A stretch of DNA of 64,000 nucleotides from Oscillatoria sp. FACHB-1406 (GCF_014698145.1 NZ_JACJSM010000001.1:280633-344632); one strand, 5' to 3'; counted from the stretch's first letter, positions 29,111 through 40,077 are shown. The notes: generated by a model from the letters alone, not told the origin. Translations and numbers: made by a program.

Positions 29111-30766
29111 TTAAGCGGTTGTACTTAAATTCGATGGATCCTTCTCTTTGAGAAACTCTGACATCTGGCGAGATTCAGTTTTATTACCGTTCTTAGGACG
29201 AGAAGCCGCATCAAGAGGCAACTGGACGATAAATTCCGTGCCGCCTTCTCTTCTCGAACCGTAGAGCAATCGACCGCCATGTTCTCTGACTACAATTTGA
29301 TGGCAGACTGTTAAACCCAGCCCAGTCCCTTTACCAACAGGTTTAGTCGTAAAAAAAGGATCGAATATTTTTTGGGACACTGCATCTGGTATTCCCTCTC
29401 CATTATCAACAATTCTGATGACCACAAAAGGAGAAGGAGATGCAAGAATTTCAGTTTGAATCGCGATCGTTGGTCTGTCTTGTATATTCTCTAAAGCATC
29501 GATCGCGTTATTAAAAAGATGCAGAAAAACCTGATTGATTTGAGCGGGAGAACAATGCACTAAAGGCACTCGCTCGTCATAATTTTTTTGAACGTCAATC
29601 TTCGGTCGTCTCTGCGTAGCTTCCAAACGATTCTGTAGCATAAACAATGTATTATCAATGCCGTTCTGAAGGTTGATTTCCTTCGCTCCCGACTCATCGA
29701 GGTGGGCAAAAGTCCGCAGTGAAGTAACAATTTGGCGAATGCGATTGCTTCCCGATCGCATCGATTTTAAGAGCTTGAACCAATCTTGCTTAACGAATTC
29801 TAAATCGAAAGATTCTAGGGAATCTTGAATAGCGGCAGGAGAATCGGGGTAATGCTGTTGATAAAGGTCTATCAGTTCGAGGGCATCAGCCGCGTATTGC
29901 TCTGCTGGCACTAAGTTGCCATAAATAAAACTAATGGGATTATTAATTTCGTGGGCTACGCCTGCTACCATTTGACCGAGACCCGCCATTTTTTCGCTGT
30001 GAATTAGTTGAGTTTGAGTTTCTTGAAGCTGGTGGAGAGTTTGCTCGAGTTCGAGTGCTTGCCTTTTTGCTAAAGCTTCAGACTTGCGAAGTTCTGAGTG
30101 CTGTCGAATGAGAATACGCTCGGCATGGCGGACAATTGCAAACAGCAGAGAATAGAGAGAACCTAAAATTAAGACGATCGCAATAATAATCTGTTTTTGC
30201 GTTCGATCGAGTTGGCGCAAGAAGGGCGTAACGTTGTTATAAATTTCAAAAACCGCCACCACTTTTTTCGGGTTTCCTTTGTCGTATAAGGGAATATAGC
30301 TCGATAGTAAGTGGTCGCCATCCTTCCCCGTATCGAGTGTAAGATGGCGATGGTCGAGTCGCGTTACCGTGTTTCCCGCGCGCGCTCGAAGGTAATTTTC
30401 ACTGTTACTCTCTTTACCAATTTGGCTGAGATCGGTTGAAAAAATAGCCCGTCCGTTCAAGTCAAAAATTTTAACTCGAACAATCGATAAACCCTCAATT
30501 TGTTCGAGAAGGGAGCGTCGTAATTCGTAAATTTGCTGATTTGTCATTAACTCCGTATTAGTTGATTCGGGGGCTATCGTCAGCAATGGCTCGAATTTTT
30601 CCCACAAGACGTTGACAAAAAAATGACTCAGCGTTACATTTTGATATTCCTCAATGTGGATGAGGTCTCGATTTGCTTGGCTATGGTAGTAGCCGCTTAA
30701 AAGCACAGTTGCTCCCACAAATGCAAGCAAACTGGCTGCGGAAAAGTAGCGTAATAGTTTGAACAT
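29111..30766 (-). CDS. sensor histidine kinase with an N-terminal periplasmic sensing domain bounded by two TM helices
   Basis: H-box [14 protein letters not shown] and HATPase motifs [14 protein letters not shown]. Confidence 0.8.
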   Translation of the reverse strand: MFKLLRYFSAASLLAFVGATVLLSGYYHSQANRDLIHIEEYQNVTLSHFFVNVLWEKFEPLLTIAPESTNTELMTNQQIYELRRSLLEQIEGLSIVRVKIFDLNGRAIFSTDLSQIGKESNSENYLRARAGNTVTRLDHRHLTLDTGKDGDHLLSSYIPLYDKGNPKKVVAVFEIYNNVTPFLRQLDRTQKQIIIAIVLILGSLYSLLFAIVRHAERILIRQHSELRKSEALAKRQALELEQTLHQLQETQTQLIHSEKMAGLGQMVAGVAHEINNPISFIYGNLVPAEQYAADALELIDLYQQHYPDSPAAIQDSLESFDLEFVKQDWFKLLKSMRSGSNRIRQIVTSLRTFAHLDESGAKEINLQNGIDNTLFMLQNRLEATQRRPKIDVQKNYDERVPLVHCSPAQINQVFLHLFNNAIDALENIQDRPTIAIQTEILASPSPFVVIRIVDNGEGIPDAVSQKIFDPFFTTKPVGKGTGLGLTVCHQIVVREHGGRLLYGSRREGGTEFIVQLPLDAASRPKNGNKTESRQMSEFLKEKDPSNLSTTA

Positions 30767-30985
30767 TTCTTCATTAAGCGATCGGTCGCTCTATCTTCCT
30801 CTGTTGATTGTCTTGCGCAAAGGTGACTTCCCCTTGTTATGATGCCCCGATCGCATAAAAAACAGCGATACAACTCATTAATTACGAGCTATGCAGTGAA
30901 TTTAGGATAATTCCCCACTACACCGCAACATTACTTAGTTTTTTTGAGGAGCAGCTTAAAGGAGATGAAGTTTTGCAGATGAAGA

Positions 30986-31555
30986 GTGATGGAACCGAAT
31001 TTTAAGGCAGAATTGCGCCGCCAGTTGTTAAAGCAACGCCGTTCGCTTTCCGCTCGGGTGTGGCAGACTCGGAGCAAACAATTGTGCGATCGCCTGCAAG
31101 AATTCCCGATTTTTGCGCGATCGACTACCATTTTAGCTTATTGGAGTTGTCATCAAGAACCCGATCTCAGCCCGTTATTAAGCCGCAGCGATAAGGTTTG
31201 GGGGCTACCGAGATGCGTCGATAAATCTTTGTGCTGGCATCACTGGAAGCCCGGAGAAGCACTGGAAAGAGGCAGTTATGGCATTTTTGAACCTCACGCC
31301 GATTCTCCTCGTTTGCAGGCAGAAAGCATCGATTTAATTTTAGTGCCGGCTGTGGCTTGCGATCGCGCCGGTTATCGTTTAGGGTACGGTGGCGGATTTT
31401 ACGATCGCCTCCTCAGTTTGCCCCAATGGTCGTCTATCCCAACTCTTGGTATTGTCTTTGAGTTTGCCTTGCTCGAATCTTTGCCTGTCGAACCGTGGGA
31501 TATTGCCCTGAACGGCGTTTGTACGGAGGAACAGATATTAAAAATTGCGCTTTGA
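30986..31555 (+). CDS. 5-formyltetrahydrofolate cyclo-ligase
   Basis: LILVPAVACDRAGYRLGYGGGFYDR. Confidence 0.8.
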   Translation: MMEPNFKAELRRQLLKQRRSLSARVWQTRSKQLCDRLQEFPIFARSTTILAYWSCHQEPDLSPLLSRSDKVWGLPRCVDKSLCWHHWKPGEALERGSYGIFEPHADSPRLQAESIDLILVPAVACDRAGYRLGYGGGFYDRLLSLPQWSSIPTLGIVFEFALLESLPVEPWDIALNGVCTEEQILKIAL

Positions 31556-31670
31556 GGGGAATGTTTGAAACCGAAAGATTTGTTCTTGGTTTAAAACAGG
31601 CGTACTTTTTGCAATAGAGTAGAGTGTCTAGCGATCGCTGAAGCACCAACTTTAAATTTTTAACTTAAAG

Positions 31671-32519
31671 ATGACTCGTTTAACAGCACAAATCCGAAAG
31701 AAAAAATTGCAACAACTCGGACTATATATAGTTCTTAGCATTCTCGCCCTCGCCATGCTATTTCCCTTGCTGTGGCTATTGAGTACCGCTTTAAAATCTC
31801 CGAGCGAGAACGTTTTTGGATTTCCGCCGCAACTCCTACCGCGACAACCGACGCTTGCTAATTTCGCGATCGCGTGGAAAACTGCCCCCTTTGCTCGCTA
31901 TCTTTTCAATAGCACCTTTGTTGCCATTGTTACCGTCGTCTTAAACGTTCTCTTCTGCGCTCTCGCTGCCTATCCCCTCGCGAGAATGACCTTTCCAGGA
32001 CGCGATTTCATCTTCGCCCTAATCGTCTCTACGATTATGATTCCCTTTCAAATTGTGATGATTCCCCTCTACGTTCTTACCGTTCAGTTAGGCTTAAAAA
32101 ATAGCTATCTCGGTTTGATTTTACCAGCATTAGCTTCAGCTTTTGGCATATTTTTATTGCGCCAAGCCTTCCAAGATGTCCCCAAAGAATTAGAGGAAGC
32201 CGGTCGTTTAGATGGCTGTACGGAAACCGGTTTATGGTGGCATATTATGATTCCCGCCGTGCGTCCTGCTTTGGTAACGCTTGCCATTTTTGTATTCATT
32301 GGTTCCTGGAGTGATTTTCTTTGGCCGTTGCTCGTTCTCGACCGTCCGGAATCCTATACGCTCCCAATCGGCGTTGCTACTTTAGCCGGAACCTTTTCCC
32401 TCGATTGGCGATTGATTGCTGCCGGTTCGGTAATTTCTATTCTGCCCGTTTTAGTCCTATTTTTGTTCGTCCAACGCTATATTATTCCGACGGATGCTGG
32501 GAGTGGAGTGAAAGGGTAA
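31671..32519 (+). CDS. carbohydrate ABC transporter permease (MalG/UgpE-like)
   Basis: EAA-like loop LEEAGRLDGCTETGLWWHIMIPAVRPAL and 6 TM helices. Confidence 0.8.
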   Translation: MTRLTAQIRKKKLQQLGLYIVLSILALAMLFPLLWLLSTALKSPSENVFGFPPQLLPRQPTLANFAIAWKTAPFARYLFNSTFVAIVTVVLNVLFCALAAYPLARMTFPGRDFIFALIVSTIMIPFQIVMIPLYVLTVQLGLKNSYLGLILPALASAFGIFLLRQAFQDVPKELEEAGRLDGCTETGLWWHIMIPAVRPALVTLAIFVFIGSWSDFLWPLLVLDRPESYTLPIGVATLAGTFSLDWRLIAAGSVISILPVLVLFLFVQRYIIPTDAGSGVKG

Positions 32520-32565
32520 ATTTAAATTAAAAATTAAAGATTAAAAATTTAAAAATAAGTAGAAC

Positions 32566-34203
32566 GTGATAGCAATCATTAAAACCTTTCTGGCTTCCAA
32601 AAATCTTTACCCAAAACTTGCCTTGGCGCTCGGCGGCGGTATGTTGATGGGGCTAACTCCCGCACCTGTCGAAGCGTTTCCCCTCGCCTGGATTGCACTG
32701 GTTCCCTTGTGGCTTCTCCTAGCAGATTGTACGCTGAAACAATCGGTTATTTTTGCCTTAATTTGGGGCTTAGCTTACCACGGTTTAGCGCTGTTCTGGA
32801 TAACGGGAATTCATCCCATGACTTGGCTGGGTGTTCCTTGGTTGGCGAGTCTCGCGATCGCGGCTTTTTGTTGGCTCTTTATTAGCTTATGGGGTGCAGC
32901 TTTAGTTATTGCTTGGGCGCTAGGGATGTTCTCCTTGCGGAAACTAAAACTCAAGGCACGCTCTAAAAAGTTTCTTCTTCAAAAAGGCTTTTTCGCTCCC
33001 TTTCAGCGCGTCTTAATTGGCGTTGCTTGGTGGTGCTTGCTCGAAGCAATTTGGAGTTCTGGGGTATTATGGTGGACTTCCCTTTCTTATACCCAAAGTC
33101 CTCACAATCTCCTCATTTTACAACTCGCTCGCTTTTCTGGGCCGACGACTGTAACCGCAGCGATTGTTGCAGTCAATGGTTTAATTGCTGAATTTATTTA
33201 TCAAAAGGTCAAACATTTGAGAGATACCTCTCCTTTAAGTGGGAGAGAGGAATTGAAGGAAAGGGCGGCAAATTCTATACTTGCTGCTGCCCTAAGCTTA
33301 CTACTCAGCAGTCACGCGATCGGATGGGCGATATACGCGCGCCCAATAACTCAGGAAAATCCGATTAAAATTGGGATTGTTCAGGGCAATATTCCTAATA
33401 ATATTAAACTTTTTACTGATGGTTTTCAGCGAGCAATGCAGCGCTATACTAGCGGGTATGAAGCTTTAGCCGATCGCGGCGTAGATGCAGTCTTAACCCC
33501 AGAAGGCGCATTGCCGGTTTTTATCGATCGATTGCAGGATACGCCGATTTACGCAGCCATTTTAAAACATAAAACCCTCGCTTGGTTGGGCGCTTACGGG
33601 AGAGAACCCGACAACCCTACGGCTTTGAGTTATACCAATAGTCTTTTTACCGTAACTGGACAGGGAAACGCTGTCAGTCGCTTCGATAAAATTAAACTCG
33701 TTCCTTTAGGAGAATATATTCCCTTCGAGCCAATTGTAGGAAAATTTATCGATCGCCTTTCTCCGTTGGAAGCGCACATGATTCCCGGCAAAACTTCCCA
33801 AGTTTTCGAGACTCCCCTAGGGAAAGCGAGCGTTGGAATTTGCTACGAATCGGCGTTTGCAGAACACTTTCGCCGTCAAACCGCGCGCGGCGGCGAATTC
33901 ATTTTAACCGCTTCTAATAACGCCCATTATGCCAAATCCATGCCCGCTCAGCACCACGCCCAAGATGTGATGCGCGCGATTGAAAACGATCGCTGGGCCG
34001 CCCGCGCCACCAATACCGGCTATTCTGGTATTGTCAATCCGCACGGCAGCACGATTTGGCGATCGGGAATTAAGACTTATGAAGTCCACGCCGACACGAT
34101 TTATCGGCGAAAAACTCGAACGCTTTACGTGCGCTTTGGAGACTGGTTATTAGGCGTTTTGATTATTTTGGCAGTTCTGAGTTTATTGGGCTTTTCAATG
34201 TAG
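32566..34203 (+). CDS. lnt: apolipoprotein N-acyltransferase
   Basis: N-terminal polytopic region plus a CN-hydrolase domain (IGIVQGNIP..., GICYESAF). Confidence 0.8.
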   Translation: MIAIIKTFLASKNLYPKLALALGGGMLMGLTPAPVEAFPLAWIALVPLWLLLADCTLKQSVIFALIWGLAYHGLALFWITGIHPMTWLGVPWLASLAIAAFCWLFISLWGAALVIAWALGMFSLRKLKLKARSKKFLLQKGFFAPFQRVLIGVAWWCLLEAIWSSGVLWWTSLSYTQSPHNLLILQLARFSGPTTVTAAIVAVNGLIAEFIYQKVKHLRDTSPLSGREELKERAANSILAAALSLLLSSHAIGWAIYARPITQENPIKIGIVQGNIPNNIKLFTDGFQRAMQRYTSGYEALADRGVDAVLTPEGALPVFIDRLQDTPIYAAILKHKTLAWLGAYGREPDNPTALSYTNSLFTVTGQGNAVSRFDKIKLVPLGEYIPFEPIVGKFIDRLSPLEAHMIPGKTSQVFETPLGKASVGICYESAFAEHFRRQTARGGEFILTASNNAHYAKSMPAQHHAQDVMRAIENDRWAARATNTGYSGIVNPHGSTIWRSGIKTYEVHADTIYRRKTRTLYVRFGDWLLGVLIILAVLSLLGFSM

Positions 34204-34237
34204 ATATTTCGTAGTCCGGTGTTGCCACCATTCAGCA

Positions 34238-34267
34238 GTAGGGTGCGTTAGCAAAGCGTAACGCACC
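34238..34267. repeat. short hairpin repeat GTAGGGTGCGTTAGCAAAGCGTAACGCACC, followed at 34301-34323 by a solo GGGCGAATGCAATTCGCCCCTAC module
   Basis: The same hairpin is found at 45548-45577 and inside MITE-B copies. The second module is the internal unit of MITE-A. Confidence 0.5.
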
Positions 34268-34456
34268 GAGCCAAGTCATGTTGAATGAAGTCCCCAAGAA
34301 GGGCGAATGCAATTCGCCCCTACCTTCCTAACCGCAATACTATCCACAATCCGATATGAATTTTGTAGACTTTTATAATGATAAAGTTGAAGAACTCAGA
34401 ATTGAAGGGGATTGGGGAGCCATCTATCTTTAAAGACTCCCCATCTCCCTTTCAAC

Positions 34457-35905
34457 TTACAACTGCCCGAAACCCTTCTTCTTCTTTCCGGGTTTCTTAT
34501 TCTTTTTAGGACTGCCGCCGCCGGGATAGCCGCGAAATCCTGCTTGGGGCGCGCCGCCACCGCCGCCGAACATTCCCCCCATTTCCGGAAATCCCATTCC
34601 ACCCATTTCGCCGCGTCCCATCTTCCGCATCATCGCCCGCATCCGCGTAAACTTCGTCACTAAATCGGATACATCCCGTTCGCTGTGTCCGGAACCCTTC
34701 GCAACCCGGCGGCGACGACTGGGCGACTGGGCTAGCAGATCGGGATCTTGGCGTTCTGCTTTCGTCATCGAACTAATCATTGCTTCGGTGCGCTTCAGTT
34801 CTGCCTCACCTTTCTCGAGATCCGCACCGCTAATCTTACCCATCCCCGGAATCAGCTTCAGTACGCCGCCCAAAGATCCCATATTTTTAAGCAAGCGCAT
34901 TTGCTTGATAAAGTCATTGAAATCGAACCGCGCCTCTAGGATTTTCTCCTGCATTTTGACGGCATCGGCGAGATCGATTTCTTCTTGGGCTTTTTCGACT
35001 AGCGTCACTACGTCGCCCATCCCCAAAATCCGAGAGGCGATGCGATCGGGATAAAATGGCTCGAGGGCTTCGACTTTTTCCCCAACCCCCACGAATTTAA
35101 TCGGTTGGCCGGAAATTTTTCGCACTGAAAGCGCTGCCCCGCCGCGACTGTCGCCGTCCATTTTGGTGAGGATTGCGCCGGTAATGCCGATTTCGTCGTG
35201 GAAGGTGCGGGTAAGGTTAGCCGCTTCTTGTCCCGTCATCGAGTCCACCACCAGCAGGGTATCGTCGGGTTGCGTCGCTTCCTTAATGCGCGCTAACTCT
35301 GCCATCATTTCCGGGTCGATCTGCAAGCGTCCGGCGGTGTCGATGATGACGGTATCAATGTTTTCGGCTTTGGCGCGTTCCACACCTTGACGGGCAATTT
35401 CTACGGGGTTTTCGCCCGTTCCCAGTTCAAATACGGGAACCTTGATTTGTTCGCCCAAAGTTTTCAATTGATCGATCGCGGCGGGGCGGTATACGTCGGT
35501 TGCAACCATTAAGCAATTGCGCTTTTGCTTGCGGAGATAGAGCGCTAATTTGGCGGTAGCCGTCGTTTTCCCGGTTCCTTGCAATCCCGCCATTAAAATC
35601 ACTGTTGGCGGTTTATCGGCTTGGGCGAGGGGCGCGTTGGTTTCGCCCATCACGGCGATCAGTTCGTCGCGGACAATTTTAATAAACTGCTGGTCGGGAC
35701 GCACGCCGGAAATGACTTCCGCGCCAATGGCTTTGGTTTCAACGTCTTTGATGAATTCTCGGACGACTTGCAGGTTGACATCCGCCTTTAAAAGTGCATC
35801 GCGAACGACTTTGAGGGCATCCTGAATGTTGGATTGGGAGATTTTATCTTGACCGCGTAGCTTTTTCCACGCATCTTCTAATTTTTCGGCGAGAGCATCA
35901 AACAT
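34457..35905 (-). CDS. ffh: signal recognition particle protein
   Basis: GLQGTGKTTATAKLALYL, DTAGRL, and the C-terminal Met-rich M domain. Confidence 0.95.
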   Translation of the reverse strand: MFDALAEKLEDAWKKLRGQDKISQSNIQDALKVVRDALLKADVNLQVVREFIKDVETKAIGAEVISGVRPDQQFIKIVRDELIAVMGETNAPLAQADKPPTVILMAGLQGTGKTTATAKLALYLRKQKRNCLMVATDVYRPAAIDQLKTLGEQIKVPVFELGTGENPVEIARQGVERAKAENIDTVIIDTAGRLQIDPEMMAELARIKEATQPDDTLLVVDSMTGQEAANLTRTFHDEIGITGAILTKMDGDSRGGAALSVRKISGQPIKFVGVGEKVEALEPFYPDRIASRILGMGDVVTLVEKAQEEIDLADAVKMQEKILEARFDFNDFIKQMRLLKNMGSLGGVLKLIPGMGKISGADLEKGEAELKRTEAMISSMTKAERQDPDLLAQSPSRRRRVAKGSGHSERDVSDLVTKFTRMRAMMRKMGRGEMGGMGFPEMGGMFGGGGGAPQAGFRGYPGGGSPKKNKKPGKKKKGFGQL

Positions 35906-36297
35906 TGTTTCGATTTGGGTTCTGGGATTTTAGTATTTTAGATTGAGCGATCGCGAAACTAAAGTCATACGCGGGGAGGAATAATCGAACGGCTGCTGGA
36001 GTTCGCTCATCGCTCGCTCGGCGGGGATTCCTCGAGCGCGATCGCGCTTTGCGCGTATCGGGGGCATTGATACTCTGAGTATAACGAAAGCGCGATCGCA
36101 CTTATCCCCTCGGAGCGGTCTTGAAGTCTCCAATTCGAGCAATTGCGGTTCGGGGCGAACCTAAAATAAGCTTGGAGCGAGCGGGGAACGTTTACTTTGA
36201 GTTTAGAGCGACGTGGATCAGATGAAATAAGGTCAATTATGCACGATTTATATACGCCGATCGGCAAAATCAAAAAAGCTCCTTCTACTATATATAA

Positions 36298-37221
36298 TTA
36301 CTCAGGTAAGTCGCCAAATTGTCGGCGATAGCGTTCGAGTGTTTGTTGCAATTGTTCGCGCAATTGTCGCTCTGTTTCTGCTCGTTGTCGTTCTGCTTCT
36401 GCTCGCTGTTTAGCAATATCCAATTCCTGACGCATCTCCACTAATTGCATCCGAGCCTGCTGTTCGGCTTCTTCAGTACCGATATAGCGATTTCCTTCCT
36501 CATCAAACCAGTATAAAACCTCTCGTTCCACTCCCCCGTAATTGCGAATTCCCCGACCGATTCCTAAACCAATTTCTGGCATCCACACCGGTTCTTTTGT
36601 TTGCCAGCTATACCGTCCTTTAACTAATTTATACACTTCTAATTCTTGATGGCTGCCTCGTCCGAATTGTTGGGGATTGTAAATAACGTAGTACAACACG
36701 CCCAACCGAGCATAGATTTCTTCCTTGCTGCTATATTCGCCCCCCGGAGCTTGAGACACCACTTCGAGCGCTAAAATCGGCACGACATTGTTTTCTTCCC
36801 ACGTTACATAGCTGCTGCGCGATTGTCCGCCTTTACGCCGTTCGACATTGAGGGCTAAAAATCCATCGGGAATAATCGGAATGCGAGGGTTATCTCCAGT
36901 GGTGTGATAGACTGCCATATCCACACCGAAGAACCAGTTTTGGCGGTTTCCCCAAAGATATTCGAGCAAGAATAACAGGAAGTTAGGGATAAAGTTTTGT
37001 TCTTCGTTATCCACGGGGGTATCGTCCGAACAGGGGAGTTCGGCGCTGCTGGGGAGATTCTGGATTTCCGATTTTAGCATTGACCATACCCTTTTTTTCC
37101 TTGAATTGAGTTTAGTATACCAACTCAATTCAAAGAGAAGCACGTACTGGATCGCGCCCTGGCTTTTATTGAAAAAAGACTGTCTTAAATTGACATTTTT
37201 TTGACGCGCGCTGATAACCAA
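36298..37221 (-). CDS. Uma2-family (DUF820) putative restriction-endonuclease-like protein with a C-terminal coiled-coil extension
   Basis: Core ...FFGVDMAVYH...PDGFLALNVERRKG... The likely real start is MLKSEIQ near 37080. The C-terminal segment is EAEQQARMQLVEMRQELDIAKQRAEAERQRAETERQLREQLQQ. Confidence 0.7.
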   Translation of the reverse strand: MVISARQKNVNLRQSFFNKSQGAIQYVLLFELSWYTKLNSRKKRVWSMLKSEIQNLPSSAELPCSDDTPVDNEEQNFIPNFLLFLLEYLWGNRQNWFFGVDMAVYHTTGDNPRIPIIPDGFLALNVERRKGGQSRSSYVTWEENNVVPILALEVVSQAPGGEYSSKEEIYARLGVLYYVIYNPQQFGRGSHQELEVYKLVKGRYSWQTKEPVWMPEIGLGIGRGIRNYGGVEREVLYWFDEEGNRYIGTEEAEQQARMQLVEMRQELDIAKQRAEAERQRAETERQLREQLQQTLERYRRQFGDLPE

Positions 37222-37502
37222 CGTTCAAAAGATTTCTGACTTTCTCCGCTGCGCCTACCGGCTAACAGTCCTTCAATACCAATATGTTCGTCAAGATCGG
37301 GCCATTCAATCGCGCAACCATCGCCTAGCAATTGCCATCTTTGTCGTTCCGCGATCGCAGCGTGGAGTAAACGGGGATACCAAGTTAAAGGAATACTGAG
37401 ACTGCGACCGTCAATGAGGTCTACAATCAATTTTTCATCCGTAATGCTGACTTGAGTGGCGATCGGTTCTGTTTCAAGTATCAAAGTAGTCATGCCAAGC
37501 AT
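37185..37502 (-). CDS. DUF2442-family small protein
   Basis: ...GCAIEWPDLDEHIGIEGLLAG... Overlaps the stop of the upstream DUF4160 gene. Confidence 0.5.
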   Translation of the reverse strand: MLGMTTLILETEPIATQVSITDEKLIVDLIDGRSLSIPLTWYPRLLHAAIAERQRWQLLGDGCAIEWPDLDEHIGIEGLLAGRRSGESQKSFERWLSARVKKMSI

Positions 37503-37710
37503 TCAGTAACAATGTTTGATGTTCCTCTACCAGTTTAACAATCAGATTCAATTCATGTTCTTTAAAGCCTCGGTTTTTTTCTAAGGCGATCGGAACGAGC
37601 CAATATTTTGCAAGTTGCCGATCGCGCTTCACATGAATATGAGGCGGTTCGCCGCGATCGGAACTAAAAAAGATGAAGGCGTAAGGCCCAGCTTGTAAAA
37701 CTGTTGGCAT
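37474..37710 (-). CDS. DUF4160-family small protein
   Basis: MPTVLQAGPYAFIFFSSDRGEPPHIHVKRD... Translationally coupled to the DUF2442 ORF. Confidence 0.5.
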   Translation of the reverse strand: MPTVLQAGPYAFIFFSSDRGEPPHIHVKRDRQLAKYWLVPIALEKNRGFKEHELNLIVKLVEEHQTLLLNAWHDYFDT

Positions 37711-37827
37711 ACTGTTTTTTGTTGCAAAGCATAATTTAATATGAGAATTAGGCTTTTATTCAAGCGAGTTTCTATAATTATTTTACCTGATTTATCTCAC
37801 TCTATTCTATAAAAAATGCGTTTAGGG

Positions 37828-38688
37828 CTAAAGATTGACGAACCAATCGCGATCGACTTTTACCGATTCAACTAAAGTTATTTTTATGCCTAAGCCCAAT
37901 TCTTTCAATCGGCGCACTAACTGTTCGCCATCAATTAAATCGATGGGAGGTGCGCCATCTCTTTGAGCTTCTGCAATAGCGCTCTGCGTAAAAGTTCCTG
38001 TTGTAATCAGCAATCCTTTATCGGTACGTCCTTGCATTGCACCGCGAAAATCCCTAACTTGAGAAGCACTCACCGCCCCAGAATAGCGCTTGCATTGAAA
38101 AAGAACTTGAAAGCTCAAAAAACCATTGATGCGAGCAATCCCAATGCCATCAATCCCGCCATCGCCGGACTTTCCCGTCACTCGGACTTGAATAAAACCG
38201 GATTCTCGTAATAATTTCTGTACCAAGCGCTCGAACGCAGAGGGTTCTAACTTAAGGAGCGCTTGGTGTAATTCTTGCTCCCAAGTTATCTCGCTTAAAG
38301 ATTCACTAACCTCGCTAATTTCTTCGGCAACTTCTGAATCTTTCTGTTTATTTTTTTGTCGATCGCGCACGACCTTGACAATTTCTTTAGGATCGAGCGT
38401 GTTAACTTTTATTTCAGGATCGAGTAAAGACCAAATCCCCCGTTTGGAGTTCTCTAACAGCCCGTAATATTTAAGGTAGCTCAGACTCCAACTCAAGCGG
38501 CATTTAATCGCACTCTGAGAGGTATTTCCCTGCATAATTTCTAACACTTCTTCTGACAGATTAAGAAGCTGTACGACTCCTTCGTAAATTTCTTCTCGGG
38601 TTCCAGAACCGCCCAAGTCGAGCAAGACTCGAACAATAGGCAGTAGCATTTGGTCGAAGGTGGGAAAAAAAGGTGTCGATTCAGCCAT
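37828..38688 (-). CDS. mrr: Mrr-family type IV restriction endonuclease (Mrr_N winged helix plus Mrr_cat)
   Basis: ...GKSGDGGIDGIGIARINGFLSFQVLFQCKRYSGAVSASQVRDFRGAM... Confidence 0.8.
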   Translation of the reverse strand: MAESTPFFPTFDQMLLPIVRVLLDLGGSGTREEIYEGVVQLLNLSEEVLEIMQGNTSQSAIKCRLSWSLSYLKYYGLLENSKRGIWSLLDPEIKVNTLDPKEIVKVVRDRQKNKQKDSEVAEEISEVSESLSEITWEQELHQALLKLEPSAFERLVQKLLRESGFIQVRVTGKSGDGGIDGIGIARINGFLSFQVLFQCKRYSGAVSASQVRDFRGAMQGRTDKGLLITTGTFTQSAIAEAQRDGAPPIDLIDGEQLVRRLKELGLGIKITLVESVKVDRDWFVNL

Positions 38689-38712
38689 TGTGGGATTCAG
38701 TTATATTTAAAG

Positions 38713-40077
38713 TCAAACTTTATCTTTTTCTCTCGCCCATAACATCACATCATCTTGTTGATATTTCAGTTGAAAGTGTGACGTTTTTTCAATGCGATCG
38801 CGCAATCCTTCCACTGTTCCCAGCGAACTGTTCCAACCGGGATGTCTGATGTTTAGCAGCACGTAATCGAAGGGTTCGAGCGGAATATTGCGATTCTCAT
38901 CGAGTGCGAGTTTAAGCAGGGGACGATGGGCGAGATGGGGGGCGATTTGCGAGGCGGTGAGTACGCCGCCTTGAGTATTAATTTGTGCGATCGCGCCCCG
39001 CGTGGCTTGCCAAGTGTCGATACTTTCGAGGTATTGCGTCCAAAACAGACCGAATTTTGCTAAAGCAAGAAAACAGATTGCCGCCCAAACAACGATCCAG
39101 TGCGGACGTTTTAGCCAACTTTTTTCCGATGAAAGTGAGGCTATAACTGCGAATAATAAAAAGGGCAAAGCGGGTAGCGAATATTGATGCACTAAGTCTT
39201 TTTGGGCGGGACTGGCACTCAATAAATTTAAGCCTACAGTGGGGATAATCCCCCATAATGGTGTTAAATTTTGCCAAGAAAGTCCCCAAATTATGGGGAT
39301 AAATAAAAGAATAAGATAAAATAGATTGGGAAGGGTAAAGATTTGCTGTAGAACTAATCCCGGTTCGAGCAAGAGATTGAGGATAATCTCTGAAACCGAG
39401 TTGCCCAAAACACTATAACGATTGACGGCGGCAGCTTCGCGACCGCTGAAGGCAGGAATAATCAGTTGAGTTGAAACAATAAACCAGACAATTCCGATCG
39501 CGATCGCAATTCCCCCGTAACTTCGCTTCTTCTCAAACAATAACAGCCAAATTCCCATCGCCGCTACCGTTAGCGATAGCACCGCCTTGGTACTTAAGAT
39601 TAAAAGAACGCAAGCGCAATACAAAACTATTTTTCCTGCCCTCGCCGCCCATACTGCCCCAAAAATCGCCGGAATCGCCAACACTTCTGGGTGAAAATCG
39701 AACAAGTTGACGTTAAAAACGACCGGATAGAGCCAATAAACCCCTGCGATCGCGAGCGATTGAGAGCGAGTTAACCCCGCTTGCAGCGCGACTTTTTCCG
39801 TCAGCCAACCGCCCGAAGCGAGGGCGATCGCTTGCAGCAAAAATAACCAATAAACGCTGGGATAAATCTTGTAGAGGAGCGCAATCGGATACAGGATAAA
39901 GGCAGCATGATCGCCGAGGAGATGATGTCCGATAAGAGTAACAATCGGGACTCGGTTAACGCTCAGTAAATAAATGCCTTGGTCGAAGATTGATAAATCG
40001 AAGGCACTGGATTGAAACAGGAGATGGCGCAAGCTGCTGCATAAAAATAGAACCGCAGCGCTAACGGCGGTCAACAT
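38713..40077 (-). CDS. polytopic integral membrane protein (possible DUF2079/glycosyltransferase-39-like)
   Basis: At least 10 predicted TM helices and a C-terminal soluble domain. No catalytic motif identified. Confidence 0.4.
   Translation of the reverse strand: MLTAVSAAVLFLCSSLRHLLFQSSAFDLSIFDQGIYLLSVNRVPIVTLIGHHLLGDHAAFILYPIALLYKIYPSVYWLFLLQAIALASGGWLTEKVALQAGLTRSQSLAIAGVYWLYPVVFNVNLFDFHPEVLAIPAIFGAVWAARAGKIVLYCACVLLILSTKAVLSLTVAAMGIWLLLFEKKRSYGGIAIAIGIVWFIVSTQLIIPAFSGREAAAVNRYSVLGNSVSEIILNLLLEPGLVLQQIFTLPNLFYLILLFIPIIWGLSWQNLTPLWGIIPTVGLNLLSASPAQKDLVHQYSLPALPFLLFAVIASLSSEKSWLKRPHWIVVWAAICFLALAKFGLFWTQYLESIDTWQATRGAIAQINTQGGVLTASQIAPHLAHRPLLKLALDENRNIPLEPFDYVLLNIRHPGWNSSLGTVEGLRDRIEKTSHFQLKYQQDDVMLWAREKDKV

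Noticed and set aside
35906-36297. Two short minus-strand ORFs (67-88 aa) between ffh and Uma2, considered as a possible small gene or ffs (SRP RNA)
   Set aside because: No SRP-RNA domain IV consensus (GGAAGGAAGCAGCC-like) was visible, and the ORFs overlap each other in different frames with no motif. The region is probably promoter or UTR.
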